The notes beneath the pieces are model-generated. The model did not search any database, was not told where the DNA came from, and worked only from the letters and a program-made list of their open reading frames with translations. The translations under genes and the position numbers were made by a program. 64,000 bases of DNA, taken from contig JBLWGC010000061.1 in assembly GCA_048772705.1 (NCBI GenBank), positions 13,304 through 77,303 on the forward strand, given 5' to 3'. This DNA is from Leidyana gryllorum EB-2025a (taxonomy: Eukaryota > Protista > Apicomplexa). This document shows positions 43,731 to 57,094 of this stretch, piece after piece. Position 1 is the first letter of the stretch, and each line of letters begins with the position of its first letter.

Positions 43731-45015
43731 GATTCGGAGGCACCCTAGACAATGACTGCGCTGCTCTCGCAATGGCACTTGTGGTCTGCGACCCTTCAAA
43801 GATGTAAGGTTGGGTTTGGCTCCCGTCCCGTGCTGCCGTACGTACTTTGAACGACCTGGGCATCGATCGTAGTACCTCTCGCACACTAAGCGAGCGCTTC
43901 ACCATTTGAGCTAGTCCCCCGCTGTGCAGTAGTGGTACTTCACATAGTATGACCACTCTCTCGAGTGTACCCAGCGGGTTGCACGACCGACAGGTGGCTG
44001 TTTGGTCTAGTGGTATGATCCTTCGTTACCGTGGAAGGAGTCCTGGGCTCGATTCCCAGAACAGCCCTCTTGGTTGTCGGTTGACCCGACGCTCCACCTC
44101 CTTTCAATATGAAACGGCTCTCATCTGAAGCCTCAACTCGGGAAATAGTCCACTGTAGGCTGAGTGGTTAGGATATGCGGCTGTCACCCGCACGATCCGG
44201 GTTCAAGTCCCGGCAGTGGAAGTCATTGGACTGCTCGAGCAAAGTGCTCCAGTAATCCCCGTCAAAAGTGACTGATTCGTGATCTTCGGCTTGCATTGCC
44301 TTCTTAGCTTGGGGCAGAGCATTCGCTTAGTAAGCGAAAGGTCGCCGGTTCGATTGCGGCAGAAGGCTTTGCTCACGAGCTTAAGCTTTTCTGGCTGGTC
44401 TTTCAGTCTCGATAACGACCTGAGAGGGTTGCAAAATTTATCAGCTTCGAGTTTGGGTAAGACGAACCGTAGACTATTCGATGCAGGTAGTAGAGTCGGC
44501 TGCTCTGCCTGCGGGGTTACAGGCTGGCACACTCAGGCGCGACATTCGATTCCCGGTCTCGGAGCAGTTCCAGCCCTCACAACTGGTGCAACTCAGATTT
44601 TGTCTCAGCTGGTCTGGACTTCATTCGGGATTGTACGAGTGGGAGCCGCGTATAGTAGCCGACCTTGGAGAGACGTGGCATTGAACCCAGGACTTCTTCC
44701 AGCCGAAGAAAGAATCATATAACTAGACCAAACAGCCCCCTGTGGGTGCCTCAGGTACTGGCAGGTTCTAAACCTGCGACTTCGTGGCTGAGAGACTTAC
44801 CTCTGATGGCTGAGCTACGATTATTGGAGTTTGCGAGCAGCTTGCCGGTGCCCAGTCGATGCAGTCGAGCCTTCAGCCGGAATCGAACCGGCGACTTCTC
44901 GCTTACGAAGCGAACGCTCTGCCCCTAAACTAAGAAGGCAATGGAAGCCGGAGATGACGAAACAATCGCTATTGACGGAGATTAGTGGAGCACTTTGCTA
45001 GAGTAGTTCAATGAC

Positions 45016-45088
45016 TTCCACTGCCGGGACTTGAACCCGGATCGTGCGGGTGAAAGCCGCATATCCTAGCCACTTAGACTACAGTGGA
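45016..45088 (-). tRNA. tRNA-Glu(TTC)
   Basis: Intact. Confidence 0.9.
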
Positions 45089-45963
45089 CGAGTGGTTGAG
45101 TTGGGGCTTCGGCCGAGAGCCGTACCGTCTTGGAAAACATGGTATGTCGGCGTGATCAAGTGAGTGGATCTCTCATACAGATTCGGACTTAGTAACCAAT
45201 TCCATTTGTATTGATCGTGGAATCTTGGGCCTTCCTCGGGTACGGGGCGAGCTTCCTTGCCGCCCCAACTCCGTCCGTAGAGCGCCAGACTTTTGAAGGG
45301 AGAACCGCGGCTTCCCGCCGCGCGAGCAGTCCTAGTCAAGCTTGCTGAACCGTATGTGAAGCCACAGGGCGCACCAGTTCCTCACTCGGGCAAGTTGGCA
45401 ACTGTCGATTCCGTCATGTGGCGAGCAGTGGGCTCACATACGGCCACGATAAGTGCTTATTTTCACCGCCTTCCATGACTACCTACCGCCTCGGTAGCTG
45501 AGTTGGGAGAGCGCCAGACTGAAGATCTGGAAGTCCCGTGTTCGATCCACGACCGAGGCAGAGAGGTTGTGACATTTGGTGTCATTCCTCGCACCCATCA
45601 GATACCTGTTTCCAGAGACACACGCCGCTTTCACAGTCCGGAAGCCCCGTGCAGCCATGGTCTAGTGCTTACGACGTCTGCTTAACACGCAGAAGTTCCC
45701 GAGTTCGATCGTCGGTGGCTGTAGATCGCAACTTTCAGCGAGAATCTCAAGCGAAACCAACTGTGCTCCGAGACCGGGAATCGAACCCGGGTCTTCCGCG
45801 TGACAGGCGGAAATACTAACCACTATACTACCTCGGACGCTCCGATCACGCCGGCCTCCAACCCCAAAGTTGGCCGAGTTGTCTAAGGCGCTCTGCTCAG
45901 ACCGCAGTCCGAAAGGGCGAGGATCTGGTGTTGAGCCTTTCGAACCCCGGAGCAGTTGGACGG

Positions 45964-46043
45964 CCGGGGGTAGCTCAGTTGGTAGAGCACCTGACTGTAG
46001 TGCTGGCATGAGATAGTCGGCGGTTCGATTCCGCCCCACCGGA
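45964..46043 (+). pseudogene. tRNA-Tyr(GTA) with intron, anticodon stem disrupted
   Basis: CCTGA..ATGAGA mismatches. Confidence 0.7.
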
Positions 46044-46474
46044 AGTAGAGGGGTCATCGGCAAACTACTACTCACACTGATGGACAGCGTTGATAGCAAC
46101 TAGACTACTCCGGCGAGGCTTCCATCTATGTAGTTCGGATGGGCTGGGAATCCATCCCAGAACCTTTCGTATACTAAGCCACCGTTTCATCATCTGGGCT
46201 AGCCTCCTATGCCTACCTCATGGCATTGAGTGATACTTCACATAGTGATACGAGTCTCTCGACTGTACCGCCAGGCTTCGAAACTGCGACTTTGTGGTGA
46301 ACAGCTACACGCTTTGCCGACTGAGCTACAAGACCCAGTTGCAATTTCTTCTAAGCGAGAAAAATCATACCTTCAGACCAAACAGCCTCCTGGTCGGCCT
46401 GCCCGGCTAGGGCACTCATAGGTGTCAAATGCTGGAGTACTCGGCGGTCGCGTTCGGCTGTCATTGGGTTGATT

Positions 46475-46548
46475 TGCTCCCCGGGGGGATCGAACCCTCG
46501 ACCTTCGGCACATAAGGCCGATGCTCTAACCAGCTGAGCTAGGGGAGC
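46475..46548 (-). tRNA. tRNA-Ile(TAT), intronless
   Basis: Same as 21934-22007. Confidence 0.85.
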
Positions 46549-46638
46549 GATCACCGCCGTTCCACCGCGTAACTCACATTCAATTCTATCTCAGGCAACG
46601 GAAGCCGTTTGCACGCTGAAACTCAGAAGGGAAGTAAC

Positions 46639-46722
46639 GCACAGATGCCCGAGTGGTCTAAGGGGCCAGACTCAAGTTCTGGTAGGCGCAAGTCTGCATG
46701 GGTTCGAATCCCATTCTGTGCA
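46639..46722 (+). tRNA. tRNA-Leu(CAA)
   Basis: Intact. Confidence 0.9.
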
Positions 46723-47458
46723 ACGGCGATCATTACCAAAAATAGGCTGGAAAAGGCCACAGTAGATTCGAGTCTCCATCCGTATATCCGGTTGCATGCA
46801 CCGAAGTATTCGGCTGTTGTTGTGGATCCTTCCTTGGGGTGGAAGGAGTCCTGGGTTCGATTCCCAGAACAGCCCTCTTGGTCGTCGGTTGACCCGACGG
46901 GACAAGTTGCCCTCAGAACCAACACAGCATTTCATTAGCCCACTTCGGTAGGGCAGTCAGGGCAACTAACATCTGGAGAATTGCATTTCGGCTATTTCTT
47001 CCATGTTGCAGACTGAGCAATGTAGCTCAGTGAAAAGTGTTGAGCTCATAATCCAAAGGTCGTGTCGGGAATCGAATCCAGGTCGGGAGATTCAAAATCT
47101 CCACAGCTGACCACTGTGCCGTAGGGGGGCAGGCTGAACAGGCGGCTGTCTGGTCTGGTGGTATGATTCTTCCTCGGGTGGAAGAACATTGTAATTGGGT
47201 CTTGTAGCTCAATCGGCAGAGCGTGTGGCTGTTAACCACAAAGTCGCAGGTTCGAAACCTGCCAGGACCGGGTGATGCGGCACCGTACTCTCTAGACGGC
47301 ACTTGTGCTCTTGGAACCCCTTTCCAAGGTCGTAGACTTAGCCGAAATGCGATTCTCTAGATGTTAGTTGCCCTGACTGCCCTACCGAGGTGGGCTAACG
47401 AGGTGGCTGTGTTGGTTGTGAGGGCAACTTGTCCCGTCGGGTCAACCGACGACCAAGA

Positions 47459-47530
47459 GGGCTGTTCTGGGAATCGAACCCAGGACTCCTTCCACCCTAA
47501 GGAAGGATCATACCACTAGACCAAACAGCC
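47459..47530 (-). tRNA. tRNA-Pro(AGG)
   Basis: Intact. Confidence 0.9.
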
Positions 47531-47780
47531 GACTGATCGGTGGTGCAAATTGCTGGTAGAGTCGGGAGACTGGTCATAACATGTCAAGAACCACTAAATG
47601 CTATGGGGTGTGCACAGCCGGCGACTAGCTCAAATTATGTAGCACTCGCGTAGCAGGCGAGAGATGCTGGGATCGATGCCCAGGTCGTCCAAACTCCATG
47701 CAACTTTGGCTGCAGAGAAACGGCTGGCGGGTGGTCCAAAAACGTGAATGTTGTTATTTCAATCTAGTCGAAAAGCCGCC

Positions 47781-47853
47781 GCCTACGTGGCGCAATGGAT
47801 AGCGCGTTGGACTTCTAATCCAAAGGTTGCGAGTTCGAGTCTCGCCGTAGGTA
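47781..47853 (+). tRNA. tRNA-Arg(TCT)
   Basis: Intact. Confidence 0.9.
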
Positions 47854-48240
47854 GCCAAATGCTCAGCACTTTACTTCGATGATTTGGCTGACTAGCTGCC
47901 TTCGCCGTGGAATGTTGCCCACTGTAGTCTGAGTGGCTAGGATATGCGGCCTCACCCGCAAGCTCCGCGCTCAAGTCCGGCAGTGGAAGTCAGTGGCTGA
48001 AGTCAGTGGAATACTTGAGCAAAGTGCCCAGCAATCTCCGTCAATAGTGTCTGATTCGTGATCTTCGCCTTGCATTGCCTTCTTAGCTTAGGGGCAGAGC
48101 ATTCGCTTAGTAAGCGAGAGGTCGCCAGTTCGATTCCGGCAGAAGGCTCGACTGCATCGACTGGGCACCTGCAAGCGGTAAGTCTCTTAGCCACGAAGCC
48201 GCAGGTTTGGAACCTGCCAGTACCTGAGGCACCCACAGGG

Positions 48241-49431
48241 GGCTGTTTGGTCTAGTGGTATGATTCTTCGTTCGGGTGGAAGAAGTCCTGGGTTCGACTC
48301 CCAGAACAGCCCGTCTGATAGTTGTTGACGCAACACGGCACTCGCCCCATCCCGAGACAATGTCCCTGACAGCTAAGACAGGATCTGAGTTGTTGACTCA
48401 ACAGGCTACAACCCGACCATTCACCCAGACGCTACTGGGACTCGAACCCAGAATCCCCGGTTCCGTAGACCGATGCCATATCCATTAGGCCATAGCGCCG
48501 ACTAACGGAGCCGTCAAATGGAAGTGTGTAGCGATCCAGAGAGGACATGGGCAGCTACGCCCGATCGTGGGTTTGGACAGGCTTCATTTACATCTCCCAT
48601 TCGAGACATCGGTGGACATACTATCCAAGCCAGGATTCGTGCCTGGGTATGCACGGCCACAACTTGCTGTTGTAAGCACTAGACGACCCGGACGATCTTC
48701 AAGTATGTCGGCGTGACCAAGTGAGTGGATCTCTGATACAAATTCGGACTTAGTAACCAATTCCATTTGTATTGATCGTGGAATCCTGTGCCTTCCTCGG
48801 GTACGGGGCGAGCTTCCTTGCCGCCCCAACTCCGTCGGTAGAGCGCAAGACTTTTGAAGGGAGAACCGCGGGTTCGGGCGGCGCGAGCAGTCCTAGCAAA
48901 GCTCGCTGAATCGTATGTGAAGCCACTGGCCGCAAAATGCCAAGTTCGACAGCGGCAACTTGCCCGAGTGGTTACGGGGGTAGACTAGAAATCTACTGGG
49001 CATGGCCCGCGCTGGTTCAGATCCAGCAGTTGTCGTGCGATGTGATTGGAGGGGTCAGACACCAACTCAAGCGTGAATCCCTGGAATGGTGGGAAAACAA
49101 TCATGTGTCTTCTGCATCTGCCGGGAATCGAGCCCGGGTCGTCTCGATGGCAACGAGACATTCTACCACTAGACCACAGATGCACAATATCTTATTGAGC
49201 TAGTCGCCTGCTGTGCAGACCTCATACCATTCCGCGGTTTTCGCCCCTCATCAGATACCTGTTTCCAGAGACACACGCCCCTTTCACAGTCCGAAAGCTC
49301 CGTGCAGCCATGGTCTACCGGTTACGACGTCTGCTTCACACGCAGAAGGTCGCGAGTTCGATCCTCGGTGGCTGTAGCTCGCAACTTTATCTGAGCACCA
49401 CGAAATCTGAAGCGGAAAAACGAACTGTGCT
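48241..49431 (+). repeat. ~1.2-kb direct duplication (partner 17130-18320)
   Basis: Offset 31111, near-identical. Confidence 0.92.
48427..48499 (-). tRNA. tRNA-Arg(ACG)
   Basis: Intact. Confidence 0.9.
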
Positions 49432-49683
49432 CGAGTGCCATTAGCGTCTGTCTCAGTTGTCTGGACTTCATGCGGGATTGTACGAGTGAGAGCCGCATAT
49501 CTTAGCCGACCTTGGAGAGACGTGATGTGAGTCAACAACTGTCAGACGGGCTGTTCTGGGAATCGAACCCAGGACTCCTTCCACTCTAAGGAAGGACCAT
49601 ACTACTAGACCAAACAGCCGCCTCTCGGTCGTGCAAACCGCTGAGGACACTTGAGAAAGTGACACCAAATGTCACACCGTCTC

Positions 49684-49756
49684 TGCCTCGGCCGTGGATC
49701 GAACACGGGACTTCCAGATCTTCAGTCTGGCGCTCTCCCAACCGAGCTACCGAGGC
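49684..49756 (-). tRNA. tRNA-Phe(GAA)
   Basis: One D-loop change. Confidence 0.82.
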
Positions 49757-50144
49757 GGTAGGTAGCTACGGAAGGCGATGAAAATAAGCACTTACCGCGG
49801 CCGTATGTGGGGCCACTCCTCGCCGCATGGCGAAATCGACAGTAGCCAACTTGCCCGAGTGGGGAAGGGGGGTAGATTGGAATTCGTGCGTAAGTTGGTG
49901 TCTGACCCCTCCAATCACATCGCACGACAACTGCTGGATCTGCACCAGCGCGCCCAGTTGAATTCTGTGGTGGAAATGATGCTATTCCCAGCATCAAACC
50001 CTCATATGGATCGAGACAGGGAGTGCCTTTTCAGCTTAGGGGCAGAGCATTCGCTTAGTAAGCGATGGGTCGCCGGTTTGATTTCGGCAGAAGGCTTTGC
50101 TCACGACCCGATAATTCTATAACTGTTTCCCTCCTGCGCACACT

Positions 50145-50216
50145 TAGCAGTGCGTCGTTTCGATCGACGGACCTTAGGGTTATGAGCCCAACACTCTTCC
50201 ACTGAGCTACACTGCT
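50145..50216 (-). tRNA. Initiator tRNA-Met(CAT)
   Basis: One anticodon-stem mismatch. Confidence 0.8.
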
Positions 50217-50497
50217 CAGTCTACAACATGGAAAAGGGAGCCGAAATGCGATTCTTGAGATGTTAATGGCCTTGAGTGCCGAAGTGGGCTAACGAGGTGG
50301 CTGTGTTTTTGGAGCACAGTTGATTCCGCTTAAGATTGTCTCCTTTGGTTCTCGCTGAAAGTTGCGAGCTACAGCCACCGAGGATCGAACTCGGGACCTT
50401 CTGCGTGTGAAGCAGACGTCATAACCACTGCTGCACGGCAGGTCCCGCAGACCAAAGCAAGTGGGGAGGTTTCACGAAGTAGTGAGGACTAGTTTCA

Positions 50498-50569
50498 AGG
50501 TCGCGCCGGGAATCGAACCCAGGTCGGGAGATTCAAAGTCTCCAGTGCTAACCACTACACCACGCAACC
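50498..50569 (-). tRNA. tRNA-Gln(TTG)
   Basis: Intact. Confidence 0.9.
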
Positions 50570-51403
50570 GATTTAGCCCTTCTCAAAGAGTTGATAGAGC
50601 CATCCGGACTAGAGCTTCCCCACACATGCAAAACGGGTTTTTCTACTAACCTCCAAAATATTCAACTGGCTCTTGTAGCGCAGTGGGCAAAGCGTGTGAT
50701 TGTTAAATACTAAGTCGCAGGTGCGCGGTCTCAGGCACCCTAGACCGTATTGCGATGCCAAAGTCTATCCAAGGGCTACAGGGCACAATCAAAGGCTCTC
50801 AACTCGGTGAATACATAGCGGCAGGTGCAGCCGTACGAAGTTTGGACGACCTGGACATCGATCCCATACCTTTCGCATGCTAAGCGAGCGCTCTACCATC
50901 TGAGCCAGTCGCCCGACGTGCAGTCCCCATCGCATTTATCGGTTGTCAACATAGCATGACCACTCTCTCGACTCTACCCGCGGATTGCACCACCGACCAG
51001 GCAGCTGTTTGGTCTAGTGGTATGATCCTTCCTTAGGGTGGAAGGAGTGCTGGGTTCGATTCCCAGAACAGCCCGCTTTGTTGTATCTTGACCCAACCTG
51101 ACTGGCACCATGGTTCGGGGTTCGGGTGATTCTTCGGAGACAGTCGGGGGGGCGTGTAGCGCAGTCGGTAGCGCGTAGGTCTCATAATCCTGAAGTCGAG
51201 AGTTCGATCCTCTCCACTCCCAGGGTCGGAATCGAAATCGCCGACAAACTCATCATGCTATCGTTTTGCATCTGTCGGGAATCGCACACGGGTTATCTTG
51301 ATGGCAGCGAGAGACTCTTCCACTAGACCACAGATGCAGAACACGATCTTGTGAATCTTGTACGTGGTGACAGCCATTCCTCTTAAGCCTATCGATGCAA
51401 CAA

Positions 51404-51475
51404 AGCCTTCTGCCGGAATCGAACCGGCGACTTTTCGCTTACTAAGCGAATGCTCTGCCTCTAAGCTAAGAAGGC
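51404..51475 (-). tRNA. tRNA-Thr(AGT)
   Basis: Near-intact. Confidence 0.8.
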
Positions 51476-51551
51476 AATGCAAGCCGAAGATCACGAAACA
51501 GTCTCTATTGACGGAGATTACTGAACCACTTTGCTCGAGTAGTGCAAGGAC

Positions 51552-51624
51552 TTCCACTGCCGGGACTTGAACCCGGATCGTGCGGGTGAGAGCCGCATAT
51601 CCTAGCCACTTAGACTACAGTGGG
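51552..51624 (-). tRNA. tRNA-Glu(CTC)
   Basis: T1>C only. Confidence 0.8.
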
Positions 51625-52702
51625 CAAGTTCCCCAATTGAGGTTTCGGATGAGCACCGTACCCTCTTAACAACACGTGGTCCGTCGGGTCAACCTACAAC
51701 AAAGGGGTTGCAGTAGAAAGTGGAGGGTCTCTCCACTAAGCTCAGAAACATTGTAAGGGGTCTTGTAGCTCAGTCGGCAGAGCGTGTGGCTTTTGATGAC
51801 AAACTCGGAGGTCCGGAACCCAACAGAACCGGCTTCAGATGCACCCTAGACATTGAGTGCGGTGCTCTCCCAATGGCACTTGTGGTTCGCGACTCTTCAA
51901 AGATGGTAGCGATGGGTCTGAATGCGGCCACGTGCAGCCGTACGTACTTTGGACGACCTGGACATCGATCCCAGTACCTCGCGCATGCTAAGCGAGCGCT
52001 CTACCATTTGAGCTAGTCGCCCGTGGTGCAGACCCCATCGCATTTGTTGGTTCTCAACATAGGATGACCACTTTTTAAACTGTCTTCAGCGGGTTGCACG
52101 AACGACAGGCGGCTGTTTGGTGTAGTGGTATGATACTTCCGTCGGGTGGAAGAAGTCCTAGGTTCCATTCCCAGAACAGCCCGCTTTGTTGTATCTTGAC
52201 CCAACCTGCCTGGCAGCATGGTTCTGGGTTCAGGTGATTCCTCGGAGAAAGTCGGAGGGGGAGTGTAGCGCGTAGGTCTGATAATCCTGAAGTCGAGAGT
52301 TCGATCCTCTCCACTCCCACGGTCAGAATCGAAACCGCCGACAAACTCATCATGCTATCATTCTGCATCTGTCGGGAATCGCACACGGGTTATCTCGATG
52401 GCAGCGAGCGACTCTTCCACTAGACCCCAGATGCAGAACACGATTTGGTGAATCTTGTACGTGGTGACAGCCATTCCTCATAAGCTTATCGATGCATCAA
52501 AGCCTTCTGCCGGAATCGAACCGCCGACTTCTCGCTAAGCGAACGCTCTGCCCCTAAGCTAAGAAGGCCACTTAGCTGGAGAATCATGTGGCAGTTGTAT
52601 CGACAAAAGTTAACCGGGTGCCACGTGCACGGCGGGCTGTCCCGCGCGCGCATCGTGGGGGCATGCTGGGATGAAGTCGCAGGTTGTCCTGACTACAACG
52701 CC

Positions 52703-52782
52703 TGACAAGAGTGGGATTCGAACCCACGCCCTTTCGGACTGCGGCCTGAACACAGCGCCTTAGACCATTCGGCCATCTTGCC
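52703..52782 (-). tRNA. tRNA-Leu(CAG)
   Basis: Near-intact. Confidence 0.85.
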
Positions 52783-52942
52783 GCAGTCTTGTTGGTTCGT
52801 CGCTCCACGCGGTTTTTGTCCGTGAAGTTCTCGAGAAGGAAGACTTCTAGGGTTGAAGACGCGGAAGACGCGGGTTCGATGCCCTGTCTCGAAGACAGCA
52901 CGTTACCTCGCTTTGGGTGGAGCTCACTTCACATGTTCGAGC

Positions 52943-53015
52943 TACAGCCACCGAGGATCGAACTCGGGACCTTCTGCGTGTTAAGCAGACGTCGTAACCA
53001 CTAGACCATGGCTGC
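52943..53015 (-). tRNA. tRNA-Val(AAC)
   Basis: Intact. Confidence 0.9.
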
Positions 53016-53344
53016 ATGAAAGCTTTCCGCAGACCAAGAGAAGTTGCGAAGTTTCAATACGTAGTGATGACTAGTTGCGAGGTCGCGCCGGGAATCGAAC
53101 CCAGGTCGGGAGATTCAAAGTCTCCAGTGCTAACCACTACAACACGGAACCATTCACGACCAAGATTCAAAAGAGTGAGTGAAGCCATTGGGACTGGAAA
53201 TAAATGCGGTCAAGGGCTCGAATGTTTCCGTGCCATTGAGACGACCCGCGCTCGATACGAGGCGGCTTCAAATCTGGGTAAGTGCAAAAAGATCTCATCT
53301 CGAGATGGTACGGCTTTCGTCCAAAGCTGCAGCTGAAGAAGTTG

Positions 53345-53417
53345 TCCACTGTAGTCTAAGTGGCTAGGATATGCGGCTTTCACCCGCACGATCCGGGTTC
53401 AAGTCCCGGCAGTGGAA
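53345..53417 (+). tRNA. tRNA-Glu(TTC)
   Basis: Intact. Confidence 0.9.
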
Positions 53418-53745
53418 GTCATTTAAATACTCGAGCAAAGTGCTCCACTAATCTCCGTCGATAGCGCTTTTTCGTCATACCCGGCTTACATTGCCTTCTC
53501 AGCTTAGGGGCGGAGCGTTCGCTTCGTCAGCGACAAGTCGCCGGTTCGATTCCGGCAGAAGGCTTTGATGCATCGATAGGTTTAAGAGGAATGGCTGTCA
53601 CCACGCGCAAGATTCACAAGATCGTGTTCTGCATCTGTGGTCTAGTGGATGAGTCGCTCGCTGCCATCGAGATAACCTGTGTGCGATTCCCGACAGATGC
53701 AAAACGATAGCATGATGAGTTTGTCGGCGGTTTCGATTCCGACCG

Positions 53746-53818
53746 TGGGAGTGGAGAGGATCGAACTCTCGACTTCAGGATTATGAGACCTACGCGCTAC
53801 CGACTGCGCTACACTCCC
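53746..53818 (-). tRNA. tRNA-Met(CAT) elongator
   Basis: Intact. Confidence 0.9.
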
Positions 53819-53894
53819 CCTCCGACTTTCTCCGAGGAATCACCCGAATTCAGTACCATGCTGCCAGGCAGGTTGGGTCAAGATACAACAAAGC

Positions 53895-53966
53895 GGGCTG
53901 TTCTGGGAATCGAACCCAGCACTTCTTCCACCCAAAGGAAGAATCATACCACTAGACCAAACAGCC
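53895..53966 (-). tRNA. tRNA-Pro(TGG)
   Basis: CTTCC-TT-TGG-GT-GGAAG. Confidence 0.8.
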
Positions 53967-54423
53967 GACAACCCACCATCCCGGTACAGCCCCCAGTACT
54001 GTGGAAGCAGTCGGCACAGCACGCGTTTCGGCTCCCTCTTTCATGTTGGACACTGAGGAGCGTGGCTCAGTGGGAGAGTGTTGGGCTCATGACGGGAAGG
54101 TCCGTCGATCGAAACGACGCACTGCTAAGCGTCAGCAGGAGGACACACTTATAGAAATACTCCCCGATCTGGCTATCGACCCCCACACGTTTGGCGTGCA
54201 AAGTCACCTCTCTACCACTTGAAATAGCCGCCCACCCGCCAAACCCAAGTGAACTTTCCCCGCCTCGGTTCCTCAACAGTGGCACTTCGAGCTCTCAAGC
54301 TCAACACTGCGGCACAGATCGCCGGGTGGTCCGAGGTCCAAACTCGAATTTTGATGCCGCAAGTCTGCATGGCTCCGAATGTCAGCCACTCTTGTCGATT
54401 CCGCTGTAGAGCGAGACCACGAG

Positions 54424-54496
54424 AACGGTGGGCGGGACTCGAACCCACAACCTTTGCCTCCGGAGCGCAACACGCTATGCATTGCGCCACCACCGC
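54424..54496 (-). tRNA. tRNA-Arg(CCG), mutated, single copy seen
   Basis: TTGCG-CT-CCG-GA-GGCAA; acceptor GCGGTGG/CCACCGT. Confidence 0.68.
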
Positions 54497-54665
54497 ACAA
54501 TCCACAGCCTCACTGTCTGCGACGCCTGAGTCGTGATATCGCCTGGCACCGCTATTTCGATTAAGCAGTTGTCAAGTGGACGTGGTAGGCGGAGTTCGAA
54601 AGACTCCTTATCTTATTTGAGACAGGGGTTCAACTCTCCTAGACCCTCGTCAGAGCCTAGCAAAA

Positions 54666-54737
54666 GGGCTGTTCTGGGAATCGAACCCAGGACTCCTTCC
54701 ACCCTAAGGAAGGATCATACCACTAGACCAAACAGCC
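54666..54737 (-). tRNA. tRNA-Pro(AGG)
   Basis: Intact. Confidence 0.9.
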
Positions 54738-55333
54738 GACTGATCGGTGGTGCAAATTGCTGGTAGAGTCGGGAGACTGGTCATAACATGTCAAGAACCA
54801 CTAAATGCTATGGGGTCTGCACAGCGGGCGACTAGCTCAAATGATATAACACTCGCTTGACATGCGAGAAATACTTGGATCAATGCCCAGGTCGTCCAAG
54901 CTTCTAACGGCTGCTCCTCCGGTATCTGAAAACAGAGTCACGACCGAATGGAGTTGACGCCCGATCACATTACACGACAACTGCTGGATTCGAATCACCG
55001 CGAGCCAGACCCTTAATCACTCGGGCAAGTTGCCAACTGTTGAATTGGACATCCCGCGGGCAGTGACTCCACAGAGGGCTGCGGTGAGTGCCTATCTTCA
55101 CCGCGTTTCAAGGCTTTCTAGCGCCTCGGTAGCTCAGTTGGGAGAGCGCCAGACTGAAGATCTGGAAGTCCCGTGCTCGATCCACAGCCGAGGCAGAGAG
55201 GTTGTGGCATCTGGTGTCAAAATCCCTCGCGCCCGTGCGAGGGTTCTGCCCCTCAGCTAACCAGGCAGGCCCTGTCTCGATCACATAACGGTATGGCTGA
55301 GGCCAACACCTTCGAACGTTTCATTCCATCTTC

Positions 55334-55405
55334 AGGGCACGCGCGGAGTTGAACCACGGACTTGCTGATCTGCAGTCAGCTGCTCTACCACTGAGCTACG
55401 TACCC
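55334..55405 (-). tRNA. tRNA-Cys(GCA)
   Basis: Intact. Confidence 0.88.
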
Positions 55406-57094
55406 AGAACTGCCCCTCATACTCACTCAACTCGGTCCTGTCTCCTCACTTGAAGCAAAACCGCCGTGTACGTCGTGACCACTAGACCATAGCTGCACGG
55501 ATGGTCCCCGCAGCCCCAGAGGAGTGGCGAAGTTTCAGGGAGTACGGAGGACCAGTGCCAAGGTCGCGCCGGGAATCGAACCCAGGTCGGGAAATTCAAA
55601 GTCTCCAGTGCTAAGCACTACATCACGCAACCGGTTCAACCCATCCCAAAAGAGTCGGTACAGCCATCCGGACCAGCGCACCTTCCGTCGGGATTCCCGT
55701 GCGAACTGTCAGTGGTGTAGGTACACCCCCTTCTCGATGTCAGTATTTGGCTCTGGAATGACTGTTTGGCGGGGTGGACGACGGTCTGAGCGGCCGCTTC
55801 AATCCCAGTCATGGGGTTTTGCTGTGCACATCACTCGCTCCTTCGGCTAGTGACTGTTCACCTCAACTCTGAAGCGGTCACATATTCCAGTCGGTTAGAG
55901 CGTGAGCCTGATAACTTCCGAGTCCGCGACTGGAGCCCGCGCGTGACCAAGTGAGTGGATCTCTGATATAGATTCGCTCTGTGCCCGAGGAAGGCCCAAG
56001 ATTCCACGATCAATACGAATGGAATTTGTTACTAAGTCCGAGCTTCGTTGCCGCCCCAAGTCCGTCGGTAGAGCGCAAGACTTTCGAGGGGAGACCGCGG
56101 GTTTGGGCAGCGCGAGAACTCAAGCTTGCTGAACCGTATGTGAAACCATTGGCCGCAAAATGCCGAGTTCGACAGGTGGCAACTTGCCCGAGTGGTTGAG
56201 GGGGTAGACTAGAAATCTACTGGGCCTGGCCCGCGCTGGTTTAAATCCAGCAGTTGTCGTGGGATGTGGTGGAAATAATGCAATTCCCAGCATCAAAAAC
56301 TCATATGGGTCGAGACAGGGAATGCCTCCTTAGCTTAGGGGCAGAGCATTCGCTTTTTCAAGCGAAAGGTCGCTGGTTCGATTCCGACAGGAGGCTTCAG
56401 TCATCAGCCTAAACATGGTTGCGATCGGGCGTCAACTCCATTCGGTCGTGACTCTGTTTTCAGATACCGGAGGTGCAGCCAGTGGAAGTTTGGACGACCT
56501 GGGCATCGATCCCAGCATCTCTCGCCTGCTACGCGAGTGCTACATAATTTGAGCTAGTCGCCGGCTGTGCGGACCCCATCGCATTTGTTGGTTCTCAACA
56601 TAGGATGACCACTTTTTAAACTGTCTTCAGCGGGTTGCACGAATGACAGGCGGCTCTTTGGTCTAGTGGTATGATTCCTCCGTCGTGTGGCAGAAGTCCG
56701 GGGTTCCATTCCCAGAACAGCCCGCGTTGTTGTATCTTGACCCAATTCCTCGGAGAAAGTCGGAGGGGAGTGTAGCGCAGTCAGAAATCGCACACAGGTT
56801 ATCTCGATGGCAACGAGCGACTCTTCCTCTACACCACAGATGCAGAACACGATCTTGTGAATCATTCCTCAAAAGCCTATCGATGCATCAAAGCCTTCTG
56901 CCGGAATCGAACCGGCGACTGCTCGCTTTTGAAGCGAACGCTCTGCCCCTAAGCTAGGAAGGCAACTTAGTTGGGGACTCATGTGTCAGTTGTATCGACA
57001 AAAATTAGCCGGGTGCTACCTGCACGGCGGGCAGTCCCGCGCATGGTGCGGGGATGCTGGGATGCAAGTCGCAGGTTGTCCTGACTACAACGGC

